Of a stretch of 53,871 nt of DNA, positions 43,672-52,650 are shown one piece after another. A program made the position numbers and the translations under genes. Positions within the stretch are counted from its first letter, which is position 1, and every line of letters starts with the position of its first letter. Source of the stretch: an uncultured Planctomycetaceae bacterium (lineage in GTDB: Bacteria; Planctomycetota; Phycisphaerae; Phycisphaerales; Zrk34); NCBI GenBank assembly GCA_964473545.1, contig CAYYPN010000001.1, forward strand, positions 1 to 53,871, written 5' to 3'. Under the pieces are notes generated by a model. That model saw only the letters and a list, made by a program, of their open reading frames with translations, ran no database searches and was not told where the DNA came from.

Positions 43672-44451
43672 ATGGATCTGGCAACCATCCTGGGTGTGTT
43701 CATGGCTTTCGCGATGCTGGGCTGGGCGATCGTGTCCGGTGGCAGTCCGACCGCTTTCATCGACATCCCCTCGGTCATGATCGTGATTGGCGGGTCGGTG
43801 GCCGCGACGATGGCCGCGGTCCCTTCGAGCATGCTCAAGAAGATCGTCTCCCTGGTCAAGAAGGCGGTCAGCAACAAAAGCCAGTCCCCCCAGAAACTGA
43901 TCGAAGACCTGGTGTCCTATGCCGAGGTCGCCCGCCGCGACGGCATCCTCAGCCTGGAATCCATGTGCAAGGATATCGAGGACCCGTTCATCGTCCGCGG
44001 CATCCAGATGGCCGTCGATGGCACCGATCCGGAACTGATCGAACAGATCATGACCACGGAGTTGGACAACCTGATGGAGCGGCACGAATCCGGCCGCGCC
44101 GTCTTCGCTGCCTTCGGCAAATACGCCCCGGCGTTCGGCATGATCGGTACGCTCATCGGTCTCGTGGCCATGCTGGCCAACATGGACGACCCCTCGGCGA
44201 TCGGCCCGGGCATGGCGGTGGCCCTGCTCACCACGATGTACGGCGCGATCCTGGCCAACGCGGTGTTCCTGCCGCTGGCCGACAAGCTCGCGGCACGCTC
44301 GGCCGAGGAAGTGCTGACCAAGACCATCATCATCAAGGGCGTCATGAGTATTCAAAGCGGCGACAACCCCCGCATCGTCGAGCAGAAGCTGACCACGTTC
44401 CTCCCGCCGTCCGCCCGCCAGGGTGACGATGCGGACGCTGAAGCCGCTTGA
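43672..44451 (+). CDS. motA: Flagellar stator protein MotA
   Basis: Four-TM MotA/TolQ/ExbB topology with the C-terminal motif AFGMIGTLIGLV...MAVALLTTMYGAILAN. Confidence 0.9.
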   Translation: MDLATILGVFMAFAMLGWAIVSGGSPTAFIDIPSVMIVIGGSVAATMAAVPSSMLKKIVSLVKKAVSNKSQSPQKLIEDLVSYAEVARRDGILSLESMCKDIEDPFIVRGIQMAVDGTDPELIEQIMTTELDNLMERHESGRAVFAAFGKYAPAFGMIGTLIGLVAMLANMDDPSAIGPGMAVALLTTMYGAILANAVFLPLADKLAARSAEEVLTKTIIIKGVMSIQSGDNPRIVEQKLTTFLPPSARQGDDADAEAA

Positions 44452-44486
44452 TTACTGGCCACTGGCCACCAGCCACTGGGAACCGA
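44452..44486 (+). repeat. 7-nt tandem tract TTACTGG CCACTGG CCACCAG CCACTGG in the motA-motB spacer
   Basis: Read directly after the motA stop codon. Confidence 0.55.
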
Positions 44487-44490
44487 ATCG

Positions 44491-45270
44491 ATGGCCAAGA
44501 AGTGTAAATGCCCCGAAGGCGTGCCCGACTGGCTCGTCACCTACGGCGACATGATGACGCTGTTGTTGTGCTTTTTCATTCTTCTGGCCGCGTTCAGCGA
44601 ACTCAAGGACGAAGATGACTACCAGGAGGTCATCCAGGCGATCAAGGAGGCCTTCGGGTACACCGACGGGTCGGGCATGGCCCCGACCGAGCAACTGCCC
44701 CAGCAGAGCATGCTGGAGATGCTCGAGGAGGTGGCCCTGCACAAGGAGCTGATTCGCAAGCTCAGCCAGGCCGACGATCCGGGCGTTACCGGACGTACGA
44801 CCACGGTGAAACGGATTCGTGAGGGTTTGCAGTTCACGGTGGGAGGCTTGATCACGTTTGAGCCCGGATCTGCCGATCTAAAACCCCAGGCGCGTGACGA
44901 GCTGGCCAAGGTGGCCAACGTGATCCGCGGGCAGAACAACAAGGTCGAAGTGCGTGGACACGCCTCGACCGGCGAGTTGCCCGACGGGTCGGCGTTCAGC
45001 GACCTGTGGCAGCTCAGTGCCGCCCGCGCCCGGTCGGTCATGCGACACCTGACCGACGAGCAGGGCATCGACGCGCGGCGGATGCGCGTGACCGGATGTG
45101 GCGACACCGAGCCTCTGGTGGCTCGGGTTTACGACCAGGCCGAGCTGGCCGTCAATCGACGTGTGGAGATTATCGTGACCGAGTCGCTGGCCCAGGAATT
45201 CGATGCGGCGCGTCAGGCGCAGACCAGCGCGGTCATGCCGGACTCGATTCGAGGTGAGACCGATGGCTGA
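44491..45270 (+). CDS. motB: Flagellar stator protein MotB (OmpA-like C-terminal domain)
   Basis: PDWLVTYGDMMTLLLCFFILL contains the conserved Asp in the TM helix. The OmpA-like C-terminus reads VEVRGHAS...LSAARARSVMRHL...NRRVEI. Confidence 0.9.
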   Translation: MAKKCKCPEGVPDWLVTYGDMMTLLLCFFILLAAFSELKDEDDYQEVIQAIKEAFGYTDGSGMAPTEQLPQQSMLEMLEEVALHKELIRKLSQADDPGVTGRTTTVKRIREGLQFTVGGLITFEPGSADLKPQARDELAKVANVIRGQNNKVEVRGHASTGELPDGSAFSDLWQLSAARARSVMRHLTDEQGIDARRMRVTGCGDTEPLVARVYDQAELAVNRRVEIIVTESLAQEFDAARQAQTSAVMPDSIRGETDG

Positions 45271-45796
45271 AAAGAATGAAGCGGCGGAGACCGGCGCAGA
45301 AGTTGCGCCCAAGGGTGGGTTGCCCATCAAGACGATCTTGATCGTCGTTGTCGTTTTATTCCTTGAAGGCGGACTGATTCTTGGTACCATGTGGTTATCC
45401 GGCGGACCGACCGAGGTCAAAGGGCAGGGAATCGCCGCTGACCTCAAGGCGGAAAGCAACGAGCTCGTCGAAGTGCTCGTCGTCAAGGGCAAGTTCGACA
45501 ATCAGCGCACCGGTCGAACCTACCTTTACGACACCGAGATTTACGCGACGACTCGTAAGAAGAACGAAGCCATGTTCAAGGAAGAACTGGAAACGATGAA
45601 GACCCAGATCTCGGTAGATGCGCAGACGATCTTCCGTCGGGCCGAGCCCAGTCACTTCCAGGAACCGACGCGCGCGACCTTGACCCGCCAGATCAAGGCC
45701 GTGCTGACCGAGCGCTTCGGCAAGGACGCCGAAGGCGAGCCCATCGTCGAAGATGTGCTGATCGGCAAGTGTTTGCCGTATCGCGCCGACTACTGA
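45263..45796 (+). CDS. fliL: Flagellar basal body-associated protein FliL
   Basis: Single TM helix ([20 protein letters not shown]) plus a FliL-type periplasmic domain. 8-nt overlap with motB. Confidence 0.75.
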   Translation: MAEKNEAAETGAEVAPKGGLPIKTILIVVVVLFLEGGLILGTMWLSGGPTEVKGQGIAADLKAESNELVEVLVVKGKFDNQRTGRTYLYDTEIYATTRKKNEAMFKEELETMKTQISVDAQTIFRRAEPSHFQEPTRATLTRQIKAVLTERFGKDAEGEPIVEDVLIGKCLPYRADY

Positions 45797-45846
45797 TCGA
45801 CGCGATCAAGCCGCGTGCAACGCCCCGTAAAGAAGGAAGGTCACGG

Positions 45847-46374
45847 ATGGCCGACCAGGAACCCGACGCCTCCACATCTGCCCAAAGCGAAGTCGACCCC
45901 GCCGAAGCTCAGGCGCCCGACGCCGCCGCGCCCGCCGTGCAGCCTCCGGCTGAAGGCTCCGACGATGCCCAGGCCGAATCCCCGGAGGGCCGCAACGTCG
46001 ATCTGCCGAATTTCCAGCAGGTGCTCGCCGACGTCGAGGCGTCCGGGCTCGACCTGCTGCACGACGTCGAGCTCAACGTGAAGATCGAACTCGGCCGCAC
46101 CGAGATGTACGTCGAAGACGTACTGCGGCTGGCCGAGGGCAGCGTTGTCGAACTGGACAAGCTCGCAGGCGATCCGGTGGACATTTATGTGAACGAACGT
46201 CTGGTCGCGCGCGGCGAAGTGCTCGTGCTCAACGACAACTTCTGCGTGCGCGTCAGCGAGATCGTTGGCGAAACCGACGTTGAAAGTGAAGGACCCGTCG
46301 AAGGAGTTGAATCCGCCGACGCGCCGGCCGAGGCGACCTCGCCCGAACCGGCCGCCGCCGGCAGTACCGAGTAG
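45847..46374 (+). CDS. fliN: Flagellar motor switch protein FliN (SpoA domain) with an acidic N-terminal extension
   Basis: [73 protein letters not shown] is a canonical FliN/SpoA domain. Confidence 0.9.
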   Translation: MADQEPDASTSAQSEVDPAEAQAPDAAAPAVQPPAEGSDDAQAESPEGRNVDLPNFQQVLADVEASGLDLLHDVELNVKIELGRTEMYVEDVLRLAEGSVVELDKLAGDPVDIYVNERLVARGEVLVLNDNFCVRVSEIVGETDVESEGPVEGVESADAPAEATSPEPAAAGSTE

Positions 46375-46457
46375 TACGTTCATTTTGACCACGCTCAAGG
46401 GATGCCGAACGGAGTTCGGCGGGCCGACCCCGGTGGGGTTCGGCCACCACGCCACGG

Positions 46458-47237
46458 ATGGCGAACATGACGCGACGCTGGATCGGGACTGCGATCACTT
46501 TGACCGCCGTAGCCGCCGTCGGCCCCCTGCATGCCGACGACGTCGCTGCCGAGTGGGCCAACGCGCCCGTCACCCTCAACGCCACATCTGAAGCTCCCGC
46601 CGTTGCGCCGGCGCCCGGCGCCGCGCCGAATGACGCCAACCTGCCCGCGCCACTCGCCGCCGAGCCCGTCGCCGAACAGGAATTCCTCCCCCTCGGCCCC
46701 GCGCCCAAGTCCGACGACCCCAATACCGCCAAGCCCGCCGATACCAATGCCGGGCTCAGTTGGGGGCTGCAGACCGTCATGGCGCTGGGCGTGGTCATCG
46801 GTTTGATCTATCTCGTCCGCGCCGTGCTCCGTCGCATGCACGGCTTGAGCGGGCCAAGTTCCTCCAACACCGCGCTCGTCGAAGTGCTGGCCCGGTGCCC
46901 CGTCGCGGCGCGCACGCATGTCCTGCTCCTGCGGATCAATGACCGGGTCATCGTCGCCGGTCAGACCCAGGCCGGCCTCAACACGCTCGCCGAACTCGAC
47001 GACCCCGACGAAGTCGCCGGCCTGGTCGCGCGCGTCGACGCTTCTCGGCCCACCAGCATTACCTCCGGTTTCAACAAACTGCTCAGCCAGTTCGATCGCG
47101 GTCATCAGACGCCCGTCACCGACGAAGGCGCCGACGATGCCGAACACATGGTCGATCGCGCCCGCAGCGACGTGTCCAGCCTCATCGGCCGCATCCGAAG
47201 CTTCAGCTCGCGCGACCAGGGAGGTGATCGCCCATGA
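46458..47237 (+). CDS. fliO: FliO-like flagellar biosynthesis protein with an extended N-terminal region
   Basis: TM helix (LQTVMALGVVIGLIYLV) followed by VEVLARCPVAARTHVLLLRINDRVIVAGQT, a FliO-type motif. Lies directly before fliP (ATGA overlap). Confidence 0.7.
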   Translation: MANMTRRWIGTAITLTAVAAVGPLHADDVAAEWANAPVTLNATSEAPAVAPAPGAAPNDANLPAPLAAEPVAEQEFLPLGPAPKSDDPNTAKPADTNAGLSWGLQTVMALGVVIGLIYLVRAVLRRMHGLSGPSSSNTALVEVLARCPVAARTHVLLLRINDRVIVAGQTQAGLNTLAELDDPDEVAGLVARVDASRPTSITSGFNKLLSQFDRGHQTPVTDEGADDAEHMVDRARSDVSSLIGRIRSFSSRDQGGDRP

Positions 47238-48130
47238 CCCAGGTGGCGATCCAACCCGATCTGCTCGGCAAGCAGCGCGATCGTTCCGCCCGCGCCCTGC
47301 GCCGGCACTGGCGGCCGATCCTTGTCGTGCTCAGCCTCCTCGCCTGGGTCGGGCCCGCCGTGAGCCAGACCGCGACCAACCCCGTTAACCCGATCGAGAT
47401 CGACAATCCCGTCAACGTCCTCGAGGGTGCCGCCGAGTCCATCCCCGGGTTCGAGGGCGGGCTGAGTTCGACGCTCAACATCCTCATCCTGCTCACCGTC
47501 CTGTCCCTGGCGCCGGCGATCGTCATCCTCTGCACCAGCTTCGTGCGGATCGTCGTCGTCCTTGCCCTGCTTCGCCAGGCCATCGGCACGCAGACCCTCC
47601 CCCCCAGCCAGGTCATCACCGGCCTGGCGCTGTTCATGACGTTCCTCATCATGGCCCCGACCGCCAAGCAGATTCAGCAGCAGGCGATCGTCCCCCTGAA
47701 TGAAGGCCGCATCGACCAGGCCGTCGCCTGGAGTCGCGCCAAGCAGCCCCTGCGCGATTTCATGTTCACCCAGATCGATAACACCAGCAACTGGGGCGAC
47801 GTCTACATGGTCATGAACTACCGCGGCATCGATACGTCGCAGCCCGACATCCTCCGCCGCGCCGACGTCGACATGCTCACCCTCGTCCCCGCCTACATCC
47901 TCAGCGAACTCAAAACCGCGTTTCTCATCGGATTCCGCATCTACCTGCCGTTCCTCATCATCGACATGGTGGTCAGCTCGCTGCTGATCAGCATGGGCAT
48001 GCTGATGCTGCCGCCGGTGTTGATCAGCCTGCCGTTCAAGCTGCTCTTATTCGTCCTCGTCGACGGCTGGCGCCTGATCGTCGGCAACCTCCTCGACAGC
48101 TTCGCCGCCGTCCCGACCGCGGTCACTTAG
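47234..48130 (+). CDS. fliP: Flagellar export apparatus protein FliP
   Basis: LLTVLSLAPAIVILCTSFVRIVVVLALLRQAIGTQTLPPSQVITGLALFMTFLIMAP is canonical FliP. Confidence 0.95.
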   Translation: MTQVAIQPDLLGKQRDRSARALRRHWRPILVVLSLLAWVGPAVSQTATNPVNPIEIDNPVNVLEGAAESIPGFEGGLSSTLNILILLTVLSLAPAIVILCTSFVRIVVVLALLRQAIGTQTLPPSQVITGLALFMTFLIMAPTAKQIQQQAIVPLNEGRIDQAVAWSRAKQPLRDFMFTQIDNTSNWGDVYMVMNYRGIDTSQPDILRRADVDMLTLVPAYILSELKTAFLIGFRIYLPFLIIDMVVSSLLISMGMLMLPPVLISLPFKLLLFVLVDGWRLIVGNLLDSFAAVPTAVT

Positions 48131-48153
48131 ACCGCAAGCCGCAGGATTTCACC

Positions 48154-48405
48154 ATGACTCCCGACCAGGCAGTTGACATTGTCCGACAAGCACTCATGAC
48201 CGGCCTGCTCATCGCCGCGCCGATCCTCGGGGTCGGTCTGGCCATCGGTCTGGTCATCAGCATCCTCCAGGCCGTCACCCAGATACAGGAACAGACCCTG
48301 ACGTTCGTGCCCAAGATCGCCGCCATGGCCGGCGCCGCGATCGTCATCATTCCCTGGGCTTACGTGAAAATGGCCGAGTTCGCCGGACAGATGTTCGCGC
48401 CGTAA
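48154..48405 (+). CDS. fliQ: Flagellar export apparatus protein FliQ
   Basis: 83-aa two-TM protein with the ISILQAVTQIQEQTLTFVPK motif. Confidence 0.9.
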   Translation: MTPDQAVDIVRQALMTGLLIAAPILGVGLAIGLVISILQAVTQIQEQTLTFVPKIAAMAGAAIVIIPWAYVKMAEFAGQMFAP

Positions 48406-48426
48406 ACGCACCGGAGACGCGCTTTC

Positions 48427-49200
48427 GTGACTGACGGATTGGATGCCATCCTGGCTCATGTGCCGGCATTCCTGCTGGTGCTGTTCCGCTTGGCCGGAAT
48501 CTTCATCTTCGGCCCGGTGTTCGGGTCGCAAGTGATCCCCATGCGCGTCAAGGCCATGCTCGCCCTGGTCCTCACGCTGTGCATCTACCCCATCGTCCCG
48601 CCGCAGGTGCCCGTCGCGCTGTCCCTGCCGACGCTCGCCGTCGCCGTGGGTACCGAGATGCTCATCGGCCTGGTCATCGGCTACGGCGCCTCGCTGCCGC
48701 TGGTCGCACTCCAGATCGGCGGACAGATGATGGGGCATCAGCTCGGACTCGGCCTCGCCCAGGTCTTCAGCCCCGACTTCGACGAACAGACCGAAGTCCT
48801 CAGCCAGTTCCTCTTCCTCGTCGCACTCACCGCCTTCCTCCTCATGGACGGACATCACGCCATGATCGGCGCGCTGGTCGTCAGCTTCCAGACCATCCCC
48901 CTGGGCGGCTACGTGCCCGACGCGACGCTGTTGAGCATGGTGACCGGCCTCTTGCAGTCGATGTTCGAACTGGGCCTGCGCGTCGCCGCGCCGCTCTTAT
49001 GCCTGGTTTTCCTCGAAACCCTCGCCATGGGCTTCGTCGCCCGGACCGTGCCTCAATTAAATATTCTCAGCCTTGGCTTCCCACTGCGGATCATCGTCGG
49101 GCTGTTCATGTTGGTGGCGATGACCGGCATGCTCTTTGAACAGATCGGTGAGTCGATCCTGTACATGCTGCGGGGCGTGGCGCAAATATTTGCAATGTAA
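48427..49200 (+). CDS. fliR: Flagellar export apparatus protein FliR
   Basis: Polytopic 257-aa protein (FLLVLFRLAGIFIFGPVFG...) between fliQ and flhB. GTG start. Confidence 0.85.
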   Translation: MTDGLDAILAHVPAFLLVLFRLAGIFIFGPVFGSQVIPMRVKAMLALVLTLCIYPIVPPQVPVALSLPTLAVAVGTEMLIGLVIGYGASLPLVALQIGGQMMGHQLGLGLAQVFSPDFDEQTEVLSQFLFLVALTAFLLMDGHHAMIGALVVSFQTIPLGGYVPDATLLSMVTGLLQSMFELGLRVAAPLLCLVFLETLAMGFVARTVPQLNILSLGFPLRIIVGLFMLVAMTGMLFEQIGESILYMLRGVAQIFAM

Positions 49201-49215
49201 CCGGAGGTAGCGATC

Positions 49216-50301
49216 GTGCCGGACACCACCGGCGAAAAAACAGAAGCACCGACCCCGCGTCGCATCCAGGAGGCCCGCGACGAAGGCAATGTCGCGCGCA
49301 GTCAGGACTTGAGCGCTGCCGTCGCCCTCATGGGCGCCATGGTGCTGCTCGTGGCGTTCGGCAACAACATCTTCGGCGGGTTTCGCAGCCTGGTCCGCTC
49401 CATGCTCGGCGGGGAGTGGGGCAACGCCGCCACCCGCGAGGCGGAGGTCGGCCAGATCATCGCCATCGCCGGCCTCGCCGCCGCACGGGTGGTCCTGCCG
49501 ATCGCCCTGGGCCTGTTCGTGCTGGGCATCCTGGCCAATGTTTTCCAGATCGGATTCCTCGTCACCCTCAAGCCGCTCACGCCCAAATTCAACAAAATCT
49601 CCCCCTTGAAAGGGGCGCAGAACCTGTTCAGCCGCCGCGCCGCCATGCGACTGGTCATGGCCCTGCTCAAGGTGTTCGTCGTCGTTGTCATCGCCGCGCT
49701 GGTCATCGCCTTGGACATGGGAAAGGTCCTGGCGCTGCTCGCCCTCGAGCCCGCCCCACTGCTTGGGGCTGCGTCAGGCCTGGTCATGAGTCTCGGATTC
49801 AAACTCGCCGCGGTCATGCTCATCCTCGCGATCATGGACTTCATGTACCAGCGCTGGCAGCACACCCAGGACCTGAAGATGACCAAGCAGGAAGTCAAGG
49901 AGGAATGGAAACGCATGGAAGGGGACCCCCTGATCAAGCAGCGCCGAGCCAAAGTGGCGCGGCAGCTTGCCATGCAGCGCATCAGCGCCGCCGTGCCCAC
50001 CGCCGATGTCGTGGTGACCAACCCGACGCATTTTGCGGTAGCCTTGAAATATGACGATTCAATGGCGGCGCCGAAAGTCGTGGCAAAAGGTGCGGATTAC
50101 CTGGCCCTGCGGATCCGCCAACTGGCCGCGGCGCACGACGTGCCGATCGTCGAGCGACCCCCCTTGGCCCGGGCGTTGTACCGACATGTGGATATCAACC
50201 AGGAGATTCCCGCGAAGTTTTACGCGGCGGTCGCCGAGATTCTCGCTTACGTGTATCGACTGCGACGCGATGACACCGGTCGCCGCGCGGTGGCCGGCTG
50301 A
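49216..50301 (+). CDS. flhB: Flagellar export switch protein FlhB
   Basis: GEKTEAPTPRRIQEARDEGNVARSQDL and the NPTH autocleavage site (VVVTNPTHFAVAL) are present. GTG start with GGAGG upstream. Confidence 0.95.
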   Translation: MPDTTGEKTEAPTPRRIQEARDEGNVARSQDLSAAVALMGAMVLLVAFGNNIFGGFRSLVRSMLGGEWGNAATREAEVGQIIAIAGLAAARVVLPIALGLFVLGILANVFQIGFLVTLKPLTPKFNKISPLKGAQNLFSRRAAMRLVMALLKVFVVVVIAALVIALDMGKVLALLALEPAPLLGAASGLVMSLGFKLAAVMLILAIMDFMYQRWQHTQDLKMTKQEVKEEWKRMEGDPLIKQRRAKVARQLAMQRISAAVPTADVVVTNPTHFAVALKYDDSMAAPKVVAKGADYLALRIRQLAAAHDVPIVERPPLARALYRHVDINQEIPAKFYAAVAEILAYVYRLRRDDTGRRAVAG

Positions 50302-50323
50302 CCCGACCTACGGAGATTGACCC

Positions 50324-52498
50324 TTGGCCGAACTGGCCGCACAACCCCAATCACCTCGCTGGATGCAGATCGCCAGCAAGTACACGTCGCTGGCGGTGCC
50401 GGTGGCGTTGATCGCGCTGCTCGGCGTGATCATCGTCCCCTTGCCACCGATCATGATGGACCTGCTCATCGCGGCCAACATCGCGCTGGGTGCGGTTATC
50501 CTGCTCACCACGGTGTTCATCCAGAGCCCGCTGGATTTCTCGGTGTTTCCCTCGTTGTTGCTGGCGACGACGCTGTTTCGACTCGTGCTCAACGTTGCTT
50601 CGACGCGCCTGATCCTCTCGGCCGACGCGGCGAGCCCCGACGCGGTGACCGGGGTGGCCGGCGAGGTCATCGAGGCCTTCAGCCACTTCGTCACGTCCGG
50701 CAACGTGATCGTCGGACTGATCATCTTCTGCATCCTGATCATCGTGCAATTCGTGGTGATTACCAAGGGTTCGACACGCATCAGCGAAGTCGCCGCCCGC
50801 TTCACCCTCGACGCCATGCCCGGCAAGCAGATGGCCATCGACGCCGACCTCAACGCCGGCGTCATCGACGAGGCCGAGGCTCGCCAGCGACGCGACGACA
50901 TCGCCCGCGAGGCCGACTTCTTCGGCGCCATGGACGGCGCCTCCAAGTTCGTCCGCGGCGACGCCATCGCCGGCATCATCATCACCATCGTCAACATCAT
51001 CGGCGGCTTCGCCATCGGCGCCCTCGACAAGGGCTGGTCCGCCGCCGAGACCGCCCGGGCCTTCACCATCCTCACCATCGGCGACGGCATCGCCTCCCAG
51101 ATCCCCTCCTTCGTCATCGCCATCGCCGCCGCCCTCATCGTCACCCGCTCCTCCGCGCGCGGCTCGCTCGGCGAGGACTTCACCGGCCAGCTCACCTCCC
51201 GACCCGCCGCCCTGCTCATCACCGCCGCCTTCGTCGCCCTCCTCGGCCTCACCCCGCTCCCCGCCGCGCCCCTGTTCACCCTCGCCGTGATCCTCTTCGC
51301 CATCGCCTTCTTCTCCATCCGCGGCACGCGCGAGGCCGAGCGCGAGGCCGCCGAGGCCCACCGGCAGGAGGCCGCCGCCGCCGGCGAGCCCGAGGGCCCC
51401 GCCGTCGAGGACCTCCTCAAGGTCGACACCCTCGAGCTCGAGGTCGGCTACGGCCTCGTCTCCCTCGTCGACACCAACCAGGGCGGCGACCTCCTCGACC
51501 GCATCTCCGCCATCCGGCGCCAGCTCGCCGCCGAGATCGGCCTCGTCATGCCGCCCGTCCGCATCCGCGACAACATGACCCTCTCCCCCAACCAGTACCG
51601 CGTCCGCATCCGCGGCGCCGCCGTCGCCGAGGGACAGACCCACCCCGGCATGCTCCTCGCCATGGACTCCGGCATCGCCTCCGGACCCATCCAGGGCGAG
51701 AAGACCGTCGAGCCCGCCTTCGGCCTCGACGCCTGGTGGATCGCCCCCTCACTCAAGCAGCGCGCCGAGACCATGAACTACACCGTCGTCGACCCCACCT
51801 CCGTCCTCACCACCCACCTCGCCGAGATCGTCAAGAACCACGGCGACGAGCTCCTCACACGAGAGGAGGTCAACAACCTCCTCGAGCAGCTCAAACGCCG
51901 CGCCCCCAAGCTCGTCGAGGAGACCGTCCCCGACGTCGTCTCACCCGCCGACCTCCAGAAGGTCATGCAGGCCCTCCTCCGCGAGCGCGTCCCCATCCGA
52001 GACCTCGAGACCATCCTCGAGACCCTCGCCGACTGGGGGACCAAGACCAAGGACGCCGACGTCCTCGTCGAGTACGCCCGCAACGCCCTCCGCAGGTCCA
52101 TCTGCCAGATCCACGCCACCCCCATCGATCCCGAGTCCGCCTCCTCCCCCCACGCGCGACACCGCATCGTCTGCGTCACCCTCGACCCCGCCTTCGAGGA
52201 CTTCGTCGGCGGCTTCATCGATCGAGACGGCGCCTCCACCACCCTCTCCATCCCCTCCTCCGTCGCCCAGGGACTCGCCAGCCGCGTCTCACACGCGCTC
52301 GGGCCCGTCGTCCACGGCGGCCACCCGCCCGTCGTCCTCGCCTCCCCCCAGGTGCGCGCCCAGATGCGGCAGATGCTCGAGCCCTTCATCCCCAACGTCG
52401 CCGTCCTCGGCTTCAACGAGATCGTCGCCGGCGTCGAGATCGAGTCCAAGGGCCTCGTCACCCTCCCCGAGGACCAGGCCGCCCCCGCCGTCGCCTGA
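50324..52498 (+). CDS. flhA: Flagellar export gate protein FlhA
   Basis: FHIPEP core motifs (ITKGSTRISEVAARFTLDAMPGKQMAIDADL...FFGAMDGASKFVRGDAIAG) and the C-terminal cytoplasmic domain. The TTG 50324 start is tentative (next ATG at 50363). Confidence 0.9.
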   Translation: MAELAAQPQSPRWMQIASKYTSLAVPVALIALLGVIIVPLPPIMMDLLIAANIALGAVILLTTVFIQSPLDFSVFPSLLLATTLFRLVLNVASTRLILSADAASPDAVTGVAGEVIEAFSHFVTSGNVIVGLIIFCILIIVQFVVITKGSTRISEVAARFTLDAMPGKQMAIDADLNAGVIDEAEARQRRDDIAREADFFGAMDGASKFVRGDAIAGIIITIVNIIGGFAIGALDKGWSAAETARAFTILTIGDGIASQIPSFVIAIAAALIVTRSSARGSLGEDFTGQLTSRPAALLITAAFVALLGLTPLPAAPLFTLAVILFAIAFFSIRGTREAEREAAEAHRQEAAAAGEPEGPAVEDLLKVDTLELEVGYGLVSLVDTNQGGDLLDRISAIRRQLAAEIGLVMPPVRIRDNMTLSPNQYRVRIRGAAVAEGQTHPGMLLAMDSGIASGPIQGEKTVEPAFGLDAWWIAPSLKQRAETMNYTVVDPTSVLTTHLAEIVKNHGDELLTREEVNNLLEQLKRRAPKLVEETVPDVVSPADLQKVMQALLRERVPIRDLETILETLADWGTKTKDADVLVEYARNALRRSICQIHATPIDPESASSPHARHRIVCVTLDPAFEDFVGGFIDRDGASTTLSIPSSVAQGLASRVSHALGPVVHGGHPPVVLASPQVRAQMRQMLEPFIPNVAVLGFNEIVAGVEIESKGLVTLPEDQAAPAVA

Positions 52499-52650
52499 CG
52501 CATCACGCCACACCCCTGCCGCAGGCGCTGAGGCCCCCTTCCGGGGGTTCGCTCTTGACGCCGCCGGCGCCCGCGCCAAGATGATGGCAGACCCCCGCCG
52601 CACGACGGGGCGATTCCCCACCTCCGACACAGGAAAAAGGGCGACCCACC

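Noticed and set aside
50317-52584. 755-aa plus-strand ORF (Pro/Arg/His-rich) out of frame with flhA, and a 571-aa minus-strand ORF at 51778-53493.
   Set aside because: These are artefacts of the extreme C-rich third-position bias in this block. The FlhA frame carries canonical FHIPEP motifs.
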